NCBI RefSeq assembly: GCF_963662805.2
Contig: NZ_CAXXOW010000012.1
Span: forward strand, 112,154-176,153
Direction: 5' to 3'
Length of the DNA stretch: 64,000 bases
Origin: an uncultured Cohaesibacter sp.
GTDB taxonomy: Bacteria > Pseudomonadota > Alphaproteobacteria > Rhizobiales > Cohaesibacteraceae
In this document: positions 18,107 through 27,961 of the stretch, in pieces
How positions within the stretch are numbered: position 1 is the first letter of the stretch
Layout of the letters: each line of letters starts with the position of its first letter
Notes under the pieces: model-generated
Database searches by the model: none
What the model was told of the DNA's origin: nothing
What the model saw: the letters and a program-made list of their open reading frames with translations, nothing else
Made by a program: the position numbers and the translations under genes

Positions 18107-19345
18107 ATGGCAAGAGCATTTCTACTGGTTCTGGATTCCTTCGGCATCGGCAACGCGCCGGACGCCGCGCAATATGGTCATCCGGAGAGCGATGAAGGGT
18201 CGGACACGCTGGGGCACATCGCCGCCGCCTGTGCGGCTGGCACTGCTGACAAGGATGGCCTGCGCTCCGGCCCCTTGAGCCTGCCCAACATGGACCGGCT
18301 TGGTCTGGGACTGGTGGCCGAAAAGGCCACGGGCTCCCGCCCAGCCAATCTCGACTATACGGGCGAGCCAATCGGGCTTTGCGCCAATGCGGTTGAAGTC
18401 TCCAAAGGCAAGGACACGCCATCAGGCCATTGGGAGATCGCCGGTGTGCCGGTTCCCTTCGACTGGGGTTATTTCCCCGACACCCAGCCGTCCTTCCCGC
18501 CCGAGATGACCGAAGCTTTTATCAAGGCCGCCGGTCTGCCCGGCATTCTGGGCGACAAGCATGCTTCAGGCACGGTGATCATCAACGAGCTCGGCGAAGA
18601 GCACATCCGGACCGGCAAGCCGATCTGCTACACCAGCGCCGACTCGGTCTATCAGATCGCCGCCCATGAGGAGCATTTTGGTCTCGACCGGCTCTATGAG
18701 ATCTGCGAGATCGCCTATGAACTGGTCAAGCCCTACAACATCGGCCGTATCATTGCCCGGCCCTTCGTCGGCGAAACGCCCGCAGACTTCGAACGCACGG
18801 GCAACCGGCGGGATTTCTCGGTTTTGCCCCCCGAACCGACCCTGCTGGACCGGACCAAGGCCGCAGGCCGTCAGGTGCTGGCCGTGGGCAAGATCTCTGA
18901 CATTTTTGCCGCTCAGGGCGTGACGAAAAAGATGAAGGCGACAGGCAACCCGCAGATTTTCGAGACCACCCTTAAAGCCATTTCCGAGGCAAAGGACGGC
19001 GATCTGGTCTTCTCCAATCTCGTCGACTTCGACATGCACTATGGCCACCGCCGCGACATTCCCGGCTATGCCGCCGCGCTCGAATATTTCGACGCCCGCA
19101 TCCCCGAACTCGAAGCGGTGCTGAAGCCCGGCGACATGGTGATCCTCACCGCCGATCATGGCTGCGATCCGAGCTGGCCTGGAACTGACCACACCCGCGA
19201 GCAGGTGCCGGTGTTGATGTTCGGCCCCGGCATCAAGGGACGCTATGCCGGACAGCGCCTCACCTTTGCCGATATCGGCGAAACTGTAGCGGATCATCTG
19301 GGACTGGCACCCGGACAACACGGCACGTCTTTTCTGAAAGCATGA
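18107..19345 (+). CDS. deoB: Phosphopentomutase
   Basis: [49 protein letters not shown]. Confidence 0.97.
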   Translation: MARAFLLVLDSFGIGNAPDAAQYGHPESDEGSDTLGHIAAACAAGTADKDGLRSGPLSLPNMDRLGLGLVAEKATGSRPANLDYTGEPIGLCANAVEVSKGKDTPSGHWEIAGVPVPFDWGYFPDTQPSFPPEMTEAFIKAAGLPGILGDKHASGTVIINELGEEHIRTGKPICYTSADSVYQIAAHEEHFGLDRLYEICEIAYELVKPYNIGRIIARPFVGETPADFERTGNRRDFSVLPPEPTLLDRTKAAGRQVLAVGKISDIFAAQGVTKKMKATGNPQIFETTLKAISEAKDGDLVFSNLVDFDMHYGHRRDIPGYAAALEYFDARIPELEAVLKPGDMVILTADHGCDPSWPGTDHTREQVPVLMFGPGIKGRYAGQRLTFADIGETVADHLGLAPGQHGTSFLKA

Positions 19346-19626
19346 CAATGAACCATTTGAATTTGCCTCTGACGCGTCCGCTTGGCTGGCTTTGCCTGAG
19401 CGTCATGCTCGCCATGCCACTGACCGTCGAAGCGGCCGAAAGCCCGAAGAAATGCCCTGCCGATCCGGCTAAGGCCGCGCAAGTGCTCTGGCCCATGAAA
19501 GAGGCCTTCGGGCGGGAGCTCAGGAAGCTCAAGGGCAAACACGATTGCGGCTTGTGGCTCGAGTGTGATCGCAGGCTCAGGAACCCGGACTGGCAATGCA
19601 AATGGGTCGATCGAGACGATCGGTGA
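19342..19626 (+). CDS. Hypothetical small secreted Cys/Trp-rich protein
   Basis: 94 aa, ATGA overlap with deoB, Sec-like signal ending VEA-A, four Cys in the mature part, GC3-rich codons. Confidence 0.7.
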   Translation: MTMNHLNLPLTRPLGWLCLSVMLAMPLTVEAAESPKKCPADPAKAAQVLWPMKEAFGRELRKLKGKHDCGLWLECDRRLRNPDWQCKWVDRDDR

Positions 19627-19674
19627 TGAACACGAAAAGAAAAGAAAAGATAAGAGAAGCGGAACGGATCGACG

Positions 19675-20697
19675 ATGGCAACGAACGCACTCACCCCCTC
19701 AGGTCGCAGTCTTCTGAAGGCCGAACTGCATGTCCATATCGAAGGGGCCGCCCATCCAGATCTGGTCCGCAAGCTGGCCGCGCGCCACGGCACCAATCTT
19801 GATGAAATCATGCGCGACGACGGCACCTACATCTGGTCCGACTTCACCACTTTTCTTCAATGCTACGACCGGGTCGCCGCTGTTATCACCACGCCTGAAG
19901 ACTATGCGGATCTCACCGAGGATTATCTCCTGCGCAATGCGGCAGAAGGCTGTTTCTATACCGAGTTTTTCCTCTCGCCCGATCATGTGGCGCTTCTCGG
20001 CATGAGCTACGACAATCTGCTCGAAGGGGTAACCGAAGGGCTGAGACGAGCAAAGGAGATCTGCGCCAAGGACGGATTCCCGATTGACGCCCGCTTCATC
20101 GTCACCTGCCTCAGGCACATGGGACCGGAACCTGCCATCGAGGTTGCCCGCCGTGTTGCCGCAAGACCTCATCCTCTGGTCACCGGCTTCGGCATGGGCG
20201 GCGACGAGCGCATGCACTCCCAGCTCGCCTTCAAACCGGCCTTCGAGATCGCGCATGACGCCGGTCTCGCCTGTACCACCCACGCTGGTGAGTTCGGCGG
20301 CCCTGAAAGCGTTCGCGACGCGCTGGATCATTTGCCCGTCACTCGCATCGGCCATGGCGTCCGGTCGCACGAGGACCCCGAGCTGATGAAACGCCTTGCC
20401 GATGAGGGCATCCTGCTTGAGGTTTGCCCACATTCAAACGTGGCGCTCGGCCTCTATGAGACCCTCTCCGACCACCCGATTGAAAAGCTGATGGCAGCCA
20501 GTATCAGGACCACAGTCTCCTCTGATGATCCGCCCTTTTTTGCCACCAGCATCGGCAAGGAATATGACGCGCTTCAAGCCTTGAAGGGCTGGGACAATAG
20601 CGTCATGGAAGCCTTCACAGAGCGTGCACTGGAGGCCGCCTTCATTGATGAGGCGAGCCGGGCCGGGTTGTTGTCTCGCCTGACAAAAGGCGACTGA
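19675..20697 (+). CDS. add: Adenosine/adenine deaminase
   Basis: KAELHVHIEG, HAGE, RIGHG, EVCPHSN, SSDDP. Confidence 0.95.
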   Translation: MATNALTPSGRSLLKAELHVHIEGAAHPDLVRKLAARHGTNLDEIMRDDGTYIWSDFTTFLQCYDRVAAVITTPEDYADLTEDYLLRNAAEGCFYTEFFLSPDHVALLGMSYDNLLEGVTEGLRRAKEICAKDGFPIDARFIVTCLRHMGPEPAIEVARRVAARPHPLVTGFGMGGDERMHSQLAFKPAFEIAHDAGLACTTHAGEFGGPESVRDALDHLPVTRIGHGVRSHEDPELMKRLADEGILLEVCPHSNVALGLYETLSDHPIEKLMAASIRTTVSSDDPPFFATSIGKEYDALQALKGWDNSVMEAFTERALEAAFIDEASRAGLLSRLTKGD

Positions 20698-20830
20698 GTA
20701 CATTTGTTAACAGACGCGGCAAGAAAGCGGTTCATGCAGGCGAAAGCCTGAGGCTGGCAGCTTGCCCTTTTTGCCAAGCTTCGGCTAAGAAGAAGGAAGT
20801 CCCACAACAAGAAATGCGAAGGATTCGGCC

Positions 20831-21460
20831 ATGGAGCAGGTAACCGTCGTCAACCACCCGCTTGTCCAGCATAAGCTGACCATCATGCGCGATAAGGACA
20901 CGTCCACCGCGTCTTTCCGCCAGCTGCTGCGGGAGATCTCTCACCTGCTCTGCTACGAGGCGACCCGTGAGCTGGAAATGACCACCAAGCACATCGAAAC
21001 GCCCTTGATGGAAATGAAGGCCCCAACCCTTTCCGGCAAGAAGCTGGTTTTTGCCTCGATCCTCAGAGCGGGCAACGGTCTGCTTGAAGGCATGCTCGAT
21101 CTGGTCCCTTCCGCTCGCGTTGCCCATGTCGGCCTTTACCGAGATCCGGTGAGCTTCGAAGCTGTTGAATATTACTTCAAGGCTCCCGAAGATCTGGAAG
21201 ATCGCCTCGTGATTGCGGTCGACCCCATGCTGGCAACGGCAAACTCGGCCGTGCTTGCCATCAACAAACTCAAGGAGCGCGGTGCGCAGAACCTTCGGTT
21301 TGTCTCACTTCTGGCCGCTCCCGAAGGCATCGAGGCCTTCACCAGCGCTCACCCGGACGTGCCGATCATCACTGCGGCGATTGACAAGAAACTCAATGAG
21401 AAAAACTACATCCTGCCAGGTCTCGGCGATGCCGGTGACCGGATGTATGGCACCAAATAG
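20831..21460 (+). CDS. upp: Uracil phosphoribosyltransferase
   Basis: [32 protein letters not shown]. Confidence 0.97.
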   Translation: MEQVTVVNHPLVQHKLTIMRDKDTSTASFRQLLREISHLLCYEATRELEMTTKHIETPLMEMKAPTLSGKKLVFASILRAGNGLLEGMLDLVPSARVAHVGLYRDPVSFEAVEYYFKAPEDLEDRLVIAVDPMLATANSAVLAINKLKERGAQNLRFVSLLAAPEGIEAFTSAHPDVPIITAAIDKKLNEKNYILPGLGDAGDRMYGTK

Positions 21461-21618
21461 TCAGCTTCGGCTATTGCGATGAGATTGTTGAACGGGGGAG
21501 GTTCATCTCCCGTTTACACTGAGCCCAGAAAAGCACCCCAAGCCTTCGGTGTCTTAACACAATGCTCGGCTTGTCCTGACACACTGTCCAAAACGCACGC
21601 ACAAGGGGACAAGGTGTC

Positions 21619-22155
21619 ATGGGCCGCCTCATTTTTCTCTCGATCCTTGCCATCGGATTCTTCAGCTTCATTCCGCAAATCGCCATGAAGTGGGCGACCG
21701 AGAATGGCTATATGGAGCAGAGTGCGGATGCCGGGGCCACAGCCTATGTCAGCACCGGCACAGATCAGAAGAAGGTTCGCCACCATGGTCGCGCCGTGCT
21801 TCGTGCAAATGCGGGCGGTCACTATGTCGCCAAAGCCCACATCAATGATAGGCCCATCCGCGTCATGATCGACACAGGCGCGACCGTTGTTATCCTGACC
21901 TATGAAGATGCGAAAAAACTTGGCCTGCGTCCGTTGAAATCGGATTTCACAGTTCCGGTCAACACAGTCAACGGCCGTCTTTACAATGCCGAGGCCCAAT
22001 TGCATTCGGTGCGTATCGGAGAAGCGGAAGAAAGAAGCATCCGGGCCCTGATCGCCCCTGAGGGTGCGCTGGGCATCAGCCTTATGGGTATGAGCTTTTT
22101 GAAGAAACTGAAGAGCTTCCGCATTTCCAACGGCGAACTGATCCTCGAGAGTTGA
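21619..22155 (+). CDS. TIGR02281-type clan AA aspartic protease
   Basis: N-terminal TM, GHY, IDTGAT catalytic motif, SLMGMSFL. Confidence 0.9.
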   Translation: MGRLIFLSILAIGFFSFIPQIAMKWATENGYMEQSADAGATAYVSTGTDQKKVRHHGRAVLRANAGGHYVAKAHINDRPIRVMIDTGATVVILTYEDAKKLGLRPLKSDFTVPVNTVNGRLYNAEAQLHSVRIGEAEERSIRALIAPEGALGISLMGMSFLKKLKSFRISNGELILES

Positions 22156-22216
22156 GCCCACAGACCCGCCCTTCTGAAAAAGGGCAGGGCAGTGCACAGA
22201 GCAGTCGGATATCAGC

Positions 22217-22831
22217 CTAGACGTCGAACCCGTAGCGTCTGAGATCTTCGGCCAGCAGATACGGGCTTTTGAAATGATGGGCGTGCATGCCCACAGCTCG
22301 CGCCCCGATCACATTCTTCTCGCTGTCATCGATGAACAGGCAATCCGCAGCCTCGAGATTGTTGCGTTCAAGCAGCACCTGATAGATGGCCGGGTCAGGC
22401 TTGACCACTTCCTCATCAGCGGAAACGACGATGTCGATGAAGGATTTGAGCGTCGGAAACCGCTCCTGACTTTCAGCAAACGTATCGGCGGCGAAGTTTG
22501 TGATGGCATAGAGTGGGGTATTGAGAGCCGCCAGACGTTCCTTGATCAACACCGTTCCGGCGATGACCCCCGGAGCCATGTGATGCCACTGCTTGCGAAA
22601 GGCACGGATTTCCTTTTCATACTGGGGAAAGCGCGGAACGAGCTCTGCTTCCGCGTCTTCCCAATTCCGGCCACGATCTTGTTCCAGGTTCCAGGCTTCA
22701 AGCCCCGTTTCGTCGATGAAGGCCTGTGCATCCTTGCGAGTCTTGAAGTAGGACTCATAAAGAAAGTGCATGTCCCAACGCAGCAACACATTGCCGATAT
22801 CGAAGACCACGATAGAAGGATTCTTGTTCAT
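22217..22831 (-). CDS. HAD-family phosphatase
   Basis: VVFDIGNVL, ITN, VVKPDPAIY, FIDDSEKN; GGAG RBS before ATG 22831. Confidence 0.9.
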   Translation of the reverse strand: MNKNPSIVVFDIGNVLLRWDMHFLYESYFKTRKDAQAFIDETGLEAWNLEQDRGRNWEDAEAELVPRFPQYEKEIRAFRKQWHHMAPGVIAGTVLIKERLAALNTPLYAITNFAADTFAESQERFPTLKSFIDIVVSADEEVVKPDPAIYQVLLERNNLEAADCLFIDDSEKNVIGARAVGMHAHHFKSPYLLAEDLRRYGFDV

Positions 22832-22857
22832 GCCAACTCCACACATGCAGGGCTATT

Positions 22858-24108
22858 GTGATTGATCCGGCTGACTTAACACCGCAAGATGACCAATATA
22901 TGATTCGTCTCCCAACCATCAGTCGAGAGAGCAGCAGTTCGATGTTCCAGACGTTCGCACCCGCAGAAGTCAACCTCAAGAAAAAAGCTCGCGGGGTCAG
23001 GTGCTTTCTGGCTTTTCTGCTGCTGAGTCTGGGTTTTTTGGGTGGTCTTGCACAGGCTCAGGAAGCCGTGGAAAGTCGCGAATTGGGCGACCTTGTCGCA
23101 CCCGCTGCCGAAGAGGCCACCCCTGATCAGACGGCGGGTCAGACCACCGCTTCGGGGACAGGGGCCGAGATCGATCTGACCGGTGAGGGTGATCAGAGCC
23201 TTCCCCAAACGATCGAGCAACTCGGGAATGACGCGGCTCCTGATAGTGACAACACCATTGAGCTGATCGACAAGGCTCAGCCCTTGCGGATCGGTCTGGT
23301 TGCCGAGCGCGGCGCAGCCTATCTGCAAGGCCGCATAGCGCCCTTCCGGTCCTACCTGCAGCAGGCTCTGTCGCGCCCGGTCGAAATCATCGCTTTCAAC
23401 GATATGTCGGCGCTGATCGCGGCCCACACCTCCAAGCAGGTTGACTATGCGAGTTACCCGGCCGGGGTCTTCGCCATGGCTCAGGCTGCCTGTGGCTGCC
23501 TTCTGCCGCTCGTCGCTCCGGTCTCGCAGCAGGAACCAGAGGGCATCTATATCCTGATGGTGGTGCGCTCTGACAGCCCCATCAAGAGCCTTGCGGACAT
23601 GACCGGGCGCTCGTTGGCGCTGTCGTCCCGTCGCGGTGCCTTGCCCTATCATATGGCGCTCAATGAGCTGCAACGCTCGGGCCTTGATCCCAACAGAGAC
23701 TTGTCGACTGTCTTCAGTCGCGACACGCCAGAGGAAGCTCTGGCGTTGCTTGAAAATGGGGAGGCAGATGCCGCTCTGGTTTGGTCGTCAACGCGCTATA
23801 GCCAGCAGCTTTCGACCAGTGACGGTGCCGTCTCGGCTTATCTCGCCAGCAAATCATCCGGGGTCGGTGTACAAGCCAGCTCTGGCTTCCTGTCGATCTG
23901 GAGCTCACCGGCCATTCCAGCCGGGCCGCATGCGGTTCACACCGACATGCCAAAACAGCAACGGGCCGATCTGGTCCGGGCACTGACGGCCATGAACAAG
24001 GATGATCCGGCGGCCTATGACGCCATTGAACGCTATTATGATGGTGGGTTCCGACGGGTCTCGCTCGAGGATTACGAGCCAATTGTTCAGGTCGCGACGT
24101 CGCAATAA
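22858..24108 (+). CDS. Orphan PhnD-fold periplasmic binding protein with an acidic N-terminal linker
   Basis: Signal peptide ending AQA-Q; PhnD-like segments LRIGLV, VVRSDSPIKSLADM, G.ADAA, WSSPAIP; true start probably 22900 or 22948. Confidence 0.75.
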   Translation: MIDPADLTPQDDQYMIRLPTISRESSSSMFQTFAPAEVNLKKKARGVRCFLAFLLLSLGFLGGLAQAQEAVESRELGDLVAPAAEEATPDQTAGQTTASGTGAEIDLTGEGDQSLPQTIEQLGNDAAPDSDNTIELIDKAQPLRIGLVAERGAAYLQGRIAPFRSYLQQALSRPVEIIAFNDMSALIAAHTSKQVDYASYPAGVFAMAQAACGCLLPLVAPVSQQEPEGIYILMVVRSDSPIKSLADMTGRSLALSSRRGALPYHMALNELQRSGLDPNRDLSTVFSRDTPEEALALLENGEADAALVWSSTRYSQQLSTSDGAVSAYLASKSSGVGVQASSGFLSIWSSPAIPAGPHAVHTDMPKQQRADLVRALTAMNKDDPAAYDAIERYYDGGFRRVSLEDYEPIVQVATSQ

Positions 24109-24179
24109 ACAGCGCCAGTACCCGCTGTTCTCAATCAGACCTCACAAACGCAAAGGCCTTCAGACTTGGGGGAAGGTCG

Positions 24180-24728
24180 TCAGCAGTCGATGGACGAAGA
24201 AATGCGCGGTGCGAAAACCGCATCATCCCGAAATGTCATGTTGGTGAAGCCCTGCTGTCCACCATACAGTCCCTTGCCAGCGTATAGTACGGTATAGTCG
24301 ACCTCGGTCGCGGCCATCATGTAGAAGCTGTTGGCGATAACGAGACCGTCGGGCAGCGAATTCGCATCCAGGAGCGTCGTGCCGAAGCTGCAGGCTACCG
24401 ATACTTTCTTGTTTGCGTCCACTTTCAGTCCGATCAGATTCACGCGCCGGGTGTAATTGGTATAGGGATACATTGCCTTCTCAAAGATGCTCGACAGCTT
24501 TGACCAGTCCGATGACGAGAGCGAATTTCCTTGCGTTGCCAGATCGGCGATGATTGCCGCTGCCGCAGTTGACTTGCGCTTCACCGCAATGGCGTTGGTT
24601 GCCTCCCATGTGGCAACGATCAGAAGGGCAAACAGCGGAAGGATAAGGGCGAATTCGACAATGGCGACGCCTTCACTATCCTTGGCGAAGGGTCTGATAT
24701 TCGCGCGGATCTTGCCCAGAAAAGTCAT
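24180..24728 (-). CDS. TadE/TadF-like pseudopilin
   Basis: RPFAKDSEG-VAIVEFALILP prepilin-type motif; alternative start 24746. Confidence 0.88.
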   Translation of the reverse strand: MTFLGKIRANIRPFAKDSEGVAIVEFALILPLFALLIVATWEATNAIAVKRKSTAAAAIIADLATQGNSLSSSDWSKLSSIFEKAMYPYTNYTRRVNLIGLKVDANKKVSVACSFGTTLLDANSLPDGLVIANSFYMMAATEVDYTVLYAGKGLYGGQQGFTNMTFRDDAVFAPRISSSIDC

Positions 24729-24799
24729 CTCGATACCTGAAATCATGTGTGTATGAACGTGTGTGGATCCATTGCCTTCGGTAAAGCGAGAGGATTCCG

Positions 24800-25375
24800 T
24801 CAGTTGAACGGTTCGTTGCGGAATGCCGTGACGGCGGTCAAGGTGAAGCTCGGCGATGCTGTGCTGGAGAACAGTTTGAACAGGCTGTTGAACGAGGTGA
24901 TCGGAAGCTCCGCTCTCACCAAGACATAATCGGAACCTTCGCCGGGATCGTACTTCTCGTTGGCAGGGTCGGGCTCGTCATTTGAGAGGCCTGAGATCGA
25001 TTCCGCGCTTTCCACGTCAATGGCGATATCATCAAGGCAGTTGGACTTGGGAATAGCCAGGTAGCTGCAGACGAAATCCTTGAATTCAGTCTTGGTGAAA
25101 CCGGCAGCTTCAACTTTTCCAACTCGGATCTGGCGACCTGCTTCCTGAACGGCGTCCTGCAGCGTTGCACCAACCCAGAAATAGTGTGCGATCGTAAGGA
25201 TGGCGAACATCATTCCAATGAAAGGCGTGGAAACCAGCGCAAATTCGATCGCTGTCGCCCCGTCTTCATCCTGACGGAAGCGGGACTTCATTAGACTGGA
25301 TAGCGGCCAACGCCTGATTGAATCGGTTTTGCGTACGGCTAGGGTCAATGATCGAATTCCTGTATCCTCGCGCAT
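24800..25375 (-). CDS. TadE-like pseudopilin
   Basis: RFRQDEDG-ATAIEFALV, C-terminal AFRNEPF; start uncertain (25291 or 25375). Confidence 0.88.
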   Translation of the reverse strand: MREDTGIRSLTLAVRKTDSIRRWPLSSLMKSRFRQDEDGATAIEFALVSTPFIGMMFAILTIAHYFWVGATLQDAVQEAGRQIRVGKVEAAGFTKTEFKDFVCSYLAIPKSNCLDDIAIDVESAESISGLSNDEPDPANEKYDPGEGSDYVLVRAELPITSFNSLFKLFSSTASPSFTLTAVTAFRNEPFN

Positions 25376-25515
25376 TCGATTGTCGGGCAAACCGGCCTTG
25401 ATGCGCTTTGAGACGATTGGCAAGCGAACTGCGGTCTGGGCTACCCGAAAACCACTCTGACAGGACCTGACCGCATTTTGCACCTACAGTGTCAGAAAAG
25501 CGTTTAGGAATGATT

Positions 25516-25531
25516 TTGAAAGACAGTTAAC
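25516..25531. promoter_or_regulatory. Putative CtrA site upstream of the tadE genes
   Basis: TTGA-N7-TTAAC, one mismatch from TTAA-N7-TTAAC. Confidence 0.45.
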
Positions 25532-25694
25532 GAACCACTTCGATCAAGGTTGACCGGCAGAAACCGGCCCCTTTGACGGTGCGAGCGCGTGCGACCGAGA
25601 GCCTGAAGGATAGTTGAAAGCGCACACATCAAGAATGGAAGAGTGCGTCTTCTATTATTGCTGCGTTGGAAGATGAGACCGACGTCAACCTAAG

Positions 25695-26174
25695 CTATTC
25701 TTCCGTTGGCAAATTGGCTGCCTCGCCTTTCGCCATGCTCCGGTAGATGCCGATTTGCGATGCCAGACCCTGAACAACATCGGTATTGTCACCAATACGG
25801 AAAGTGGGTTCGCACTCAGGAGCGCACGTCATCGTCTCGCGTGCTTTCCCTTTATAGATGACCACATGGCTGTCCAGAGGCGATGTTACGCGGAGCACCT
25901 CATCGGCGATGGGCTCACCATCCGAATCCAGAACAATAAGGTTCGTGGTGCCATATTGTTTGCCTGTGATAATCAGGGTTTGACTATCCTTGATGGTTGC
26001 ATCGGCAATGGCAGGGTTGCCGAGAATGATCATGTGGGCCGGGCGCGAGACGCGCATGACCTTGGCCCGATCCACCTTGACGTCGATCATCGGATAGTCT
26101 TGAGCGGAGGCGACTGAACTGCCCATCAAGACTGCGGACAACACCAGCGCTGAAACAGCAGAAACGACTTTCAT
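25695..26174 (-). CDS. Pilus assembly protein with a secretin N-domain-like fold
   Basis: Signal peptide, IILGNPAIADAT, ITGKQYGTTNLIVLD, C-terminal CAPEC; GGAG RBS before ATG 26174. Confidence 0.88.
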   Translation of the reverse strand: MKVVSAVSALVLSAVLMGSSVASAQDYPMIDVKVDRAKVMRVSRPAHMIILGNPAIADATIKDSQTLIITGKQYGTTNLIVLDSDGEPIADEVLRVTSPLDSHVVIYKGKARETMTCAPECEPTFRIGDNTDVVQGLASQIGIYRSMAKGEAANLPTEE

Positions 26175-26400
26175 ACCCAACTCCGTCGGACCGGTTGAAT
26201 GATCAGGGGCACTTTCGCGGTCCCCACTAAAGGTGATGCTACAACCAAAAACCAACGCTCTCCCGATCGGCAAACAGAAAATTGCAGAAAATACGGAGGC
26301 TTCTTTTTGGTCATCAAGGCCAAGCATGAAAAAAAATGGTGAAGGAAGCCTTAAGGGGGCATTTTGATGAGAAGTTCGACACATGAAATAGAGTCAATTT

Positions 26401-26640
26401 CCGTAATTCCGATCGTTTAATTTGTCGCTGAATTACAAAAATTTGAAGTATATATATCGTTTAAATTTTTGTTATCCATTATTTATTGATATAATTTTCA
26501 TTGATACTGTATTTATTGAAATTTTAACCAAGAAAATTCGATAGGAATTTATGTATTAAAGGAATTAAAATTTAACCATAACTTTGTTAGGGGCGGTAAT
26601 TAATGAAATGAAGAGTAGGGTTTAACCAGTTGGAAAGATG
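26401..26640. promoter_or_regulatory. AT-rich divergent promoter region of the pilin with repeated CtrA-type half-sites
   Basis: About 26% GC by hand count; TTAACCA at 26524, 26572 and 26622; ATCGTTTAA at 26412 and 26456. Confidence 0.6.
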
Positions 26641-26743
26641 TTTTGCCTAAAAGTGTTTGTGTCCGGGGCGATCTTCAAAACGCACAAAGCATAAGCCTCA
26701 GGATGGAAGAGCTGTCAAAACGTGGAATTCTAGGAGTCCAAAC

Positions 26744-26923
26744 ATGAAAAATTTCGCTCGTTTTCTGAATGATGAATCTGGTGCAACCGCTATTGAATAC
26801 GCACTGCTCGCAGGTCTGATCGGCATCGGCATCGTGACCGCAGCCAGCAACCTGAAAGACGAAGTGACCGGCCTGTTCGGTCGTATCGGTACCGAACTTC
26901 AGGGCGCTGTTGTTGCAGAATAA
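26744..26923 (+). CDS. flp: Flp/Fap type IVc (Tad) pilin
   Basis: 59 aa, RFLNDESG-ATAIEYALLAGLI; AGGAG RBS. Confidence 0.96.
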   Translation: MKNFARFLNDESGATAIEYALLAGLIGIGIVTAASNLKDEVTGLFGRIGTELQGAVVAE

Positions 26924-26951
26924 GCGAACTGCTGCACTATCGCAAAGTTTC

Positions 26952-26983
26952 GAAAGGCTGCCTTCGGGCGGCCTTTCTTTTTT
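26952..26983 (+). terminator. Intrinsic terminator after the pilin
   Basis: GAAAGGCTGCC-TTCG-GGCGGCCTTTC followed by a T-run. Confidence 0.9.
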
Positions 26984-27115
26984 CTGTTCTGATTTTATCT
27001 TTGTTTTCAATATTTTGGTAATGAACTTCGCGTAGAGTTTTGGCAGAACGCGGATCTGTCATGCTAACCGGTACGCAGAGTGACGCAGGAGCTGTTGCAG
27101 AGAGGGGACTGTAAT

Positions 27116-27643
27116 ATGATGGATACATTTTTCGCCTGGGCCTTGATGCTGTTTGCACCATTGGTGTTTGCCTATGCAGGAAGCTCCGATCTGTTCAACA
27201 TGCGCATTTCCAATCGGATTTCGCTGGTCCTGCTGCTCGCTTTCCCGTTTTTTGCATGGGGCGTCGAGATGCCCTGGATGACTGCACTGGCTCATCTGGG
27301 CACGAGCGTTGTCACGTTGGCCGTCTGCTATTTCTTCTGGTCTCGGGGTTGGATTGGTGGTGGTGATGCCAAATTCGCCGCCGCTGCCGCCCTCTGGCTC
27401 GGACCGCAACTGGCAATCTGGTTCTTTGCGATCACGTCGGTCTACGGAGCGTTGCTTGCATTGGTTCTGTTGTTGTTTCGCGCGCGCTATCTGCCTGTTT
27501 TCATCCTGAAAATGGATTGGGCCCTGCGCCTTCACAGCATCAAGCGCATTCCCTATGGCCTTGCGTTGGCGGCTGCTGGCCTGCAGCTCTATTCCGTCTC
27601 GGATTGGATGTCGATGGGTGTCCACCTCGCGATCGCTTCCTAG
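27116..27643 (+). CDS. cpaA: Prepilin peptidase CpaA/TadV (A24 family)
   Basis: SDLFNMRISN, GGGDAKF, IPYGLALAA. Confidence 0.93.
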   Translation: MMDTFFAWALMLFAPLVFAYAGSSDLFNMRISNRISLVLLLAFPFFAWGVEMPWMTALAHLGTSVVTLAVCYFFWSRGWIGGGDAKFAAAAALWLGPQLAIWFFAITSVYGALLALVLLLFRARYLPVFILKMDWALRLHSIKRIPYGLALAAAGLQLYSVSDWMSMGVHLAIAS

Positions 27644-27712
27644 GATCCGGTTGCCAAGAGCAAGACCAGAAAAGCGTCGAGAGACGGTGGTCGTCCCTCA
27701 CTTCCTGAGTTC

Positions 27713-27750
27713 AAAAGGGCGTTCTGTCAGTGACAGAGCGCCCTTTTTAT
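27713..27750. terminator. Long hairpin terminator between cpaA and cpaB
   Basis: AAAAGGGCGTTCTGTCA / TGACAGAGCGCCCTTTT, about 16-17 bp stem with one G-U pair, T-rich tail. Confidence 0.8.
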
Positions 27751-27961
27751 TTTTGCGATCGGCTCAGATCAGAGCGACATTTTTGGCTAAGTACAAACAT
27801 TTAGGCGTGTTTGGCGGCGAGGCAAGCCGCAAATTGCATGATTCATTTCATATTAATCATAGCTGCTTACCTGTCGTTAACCATAAGTGTTGGAGAGTAT
27901 AGCAGGAGCGCCTGTGCGCCCGAAAGCCGTCTGATGCCTCGCATGCATGGGAACAAAGGAC

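Noticed and set aside
19596-19802. 68-aa ORF overlapping the small protein's stop and the start of add
   Set aside because: Out of frame with add and overlapping it by over 120 nt; low-complexity start
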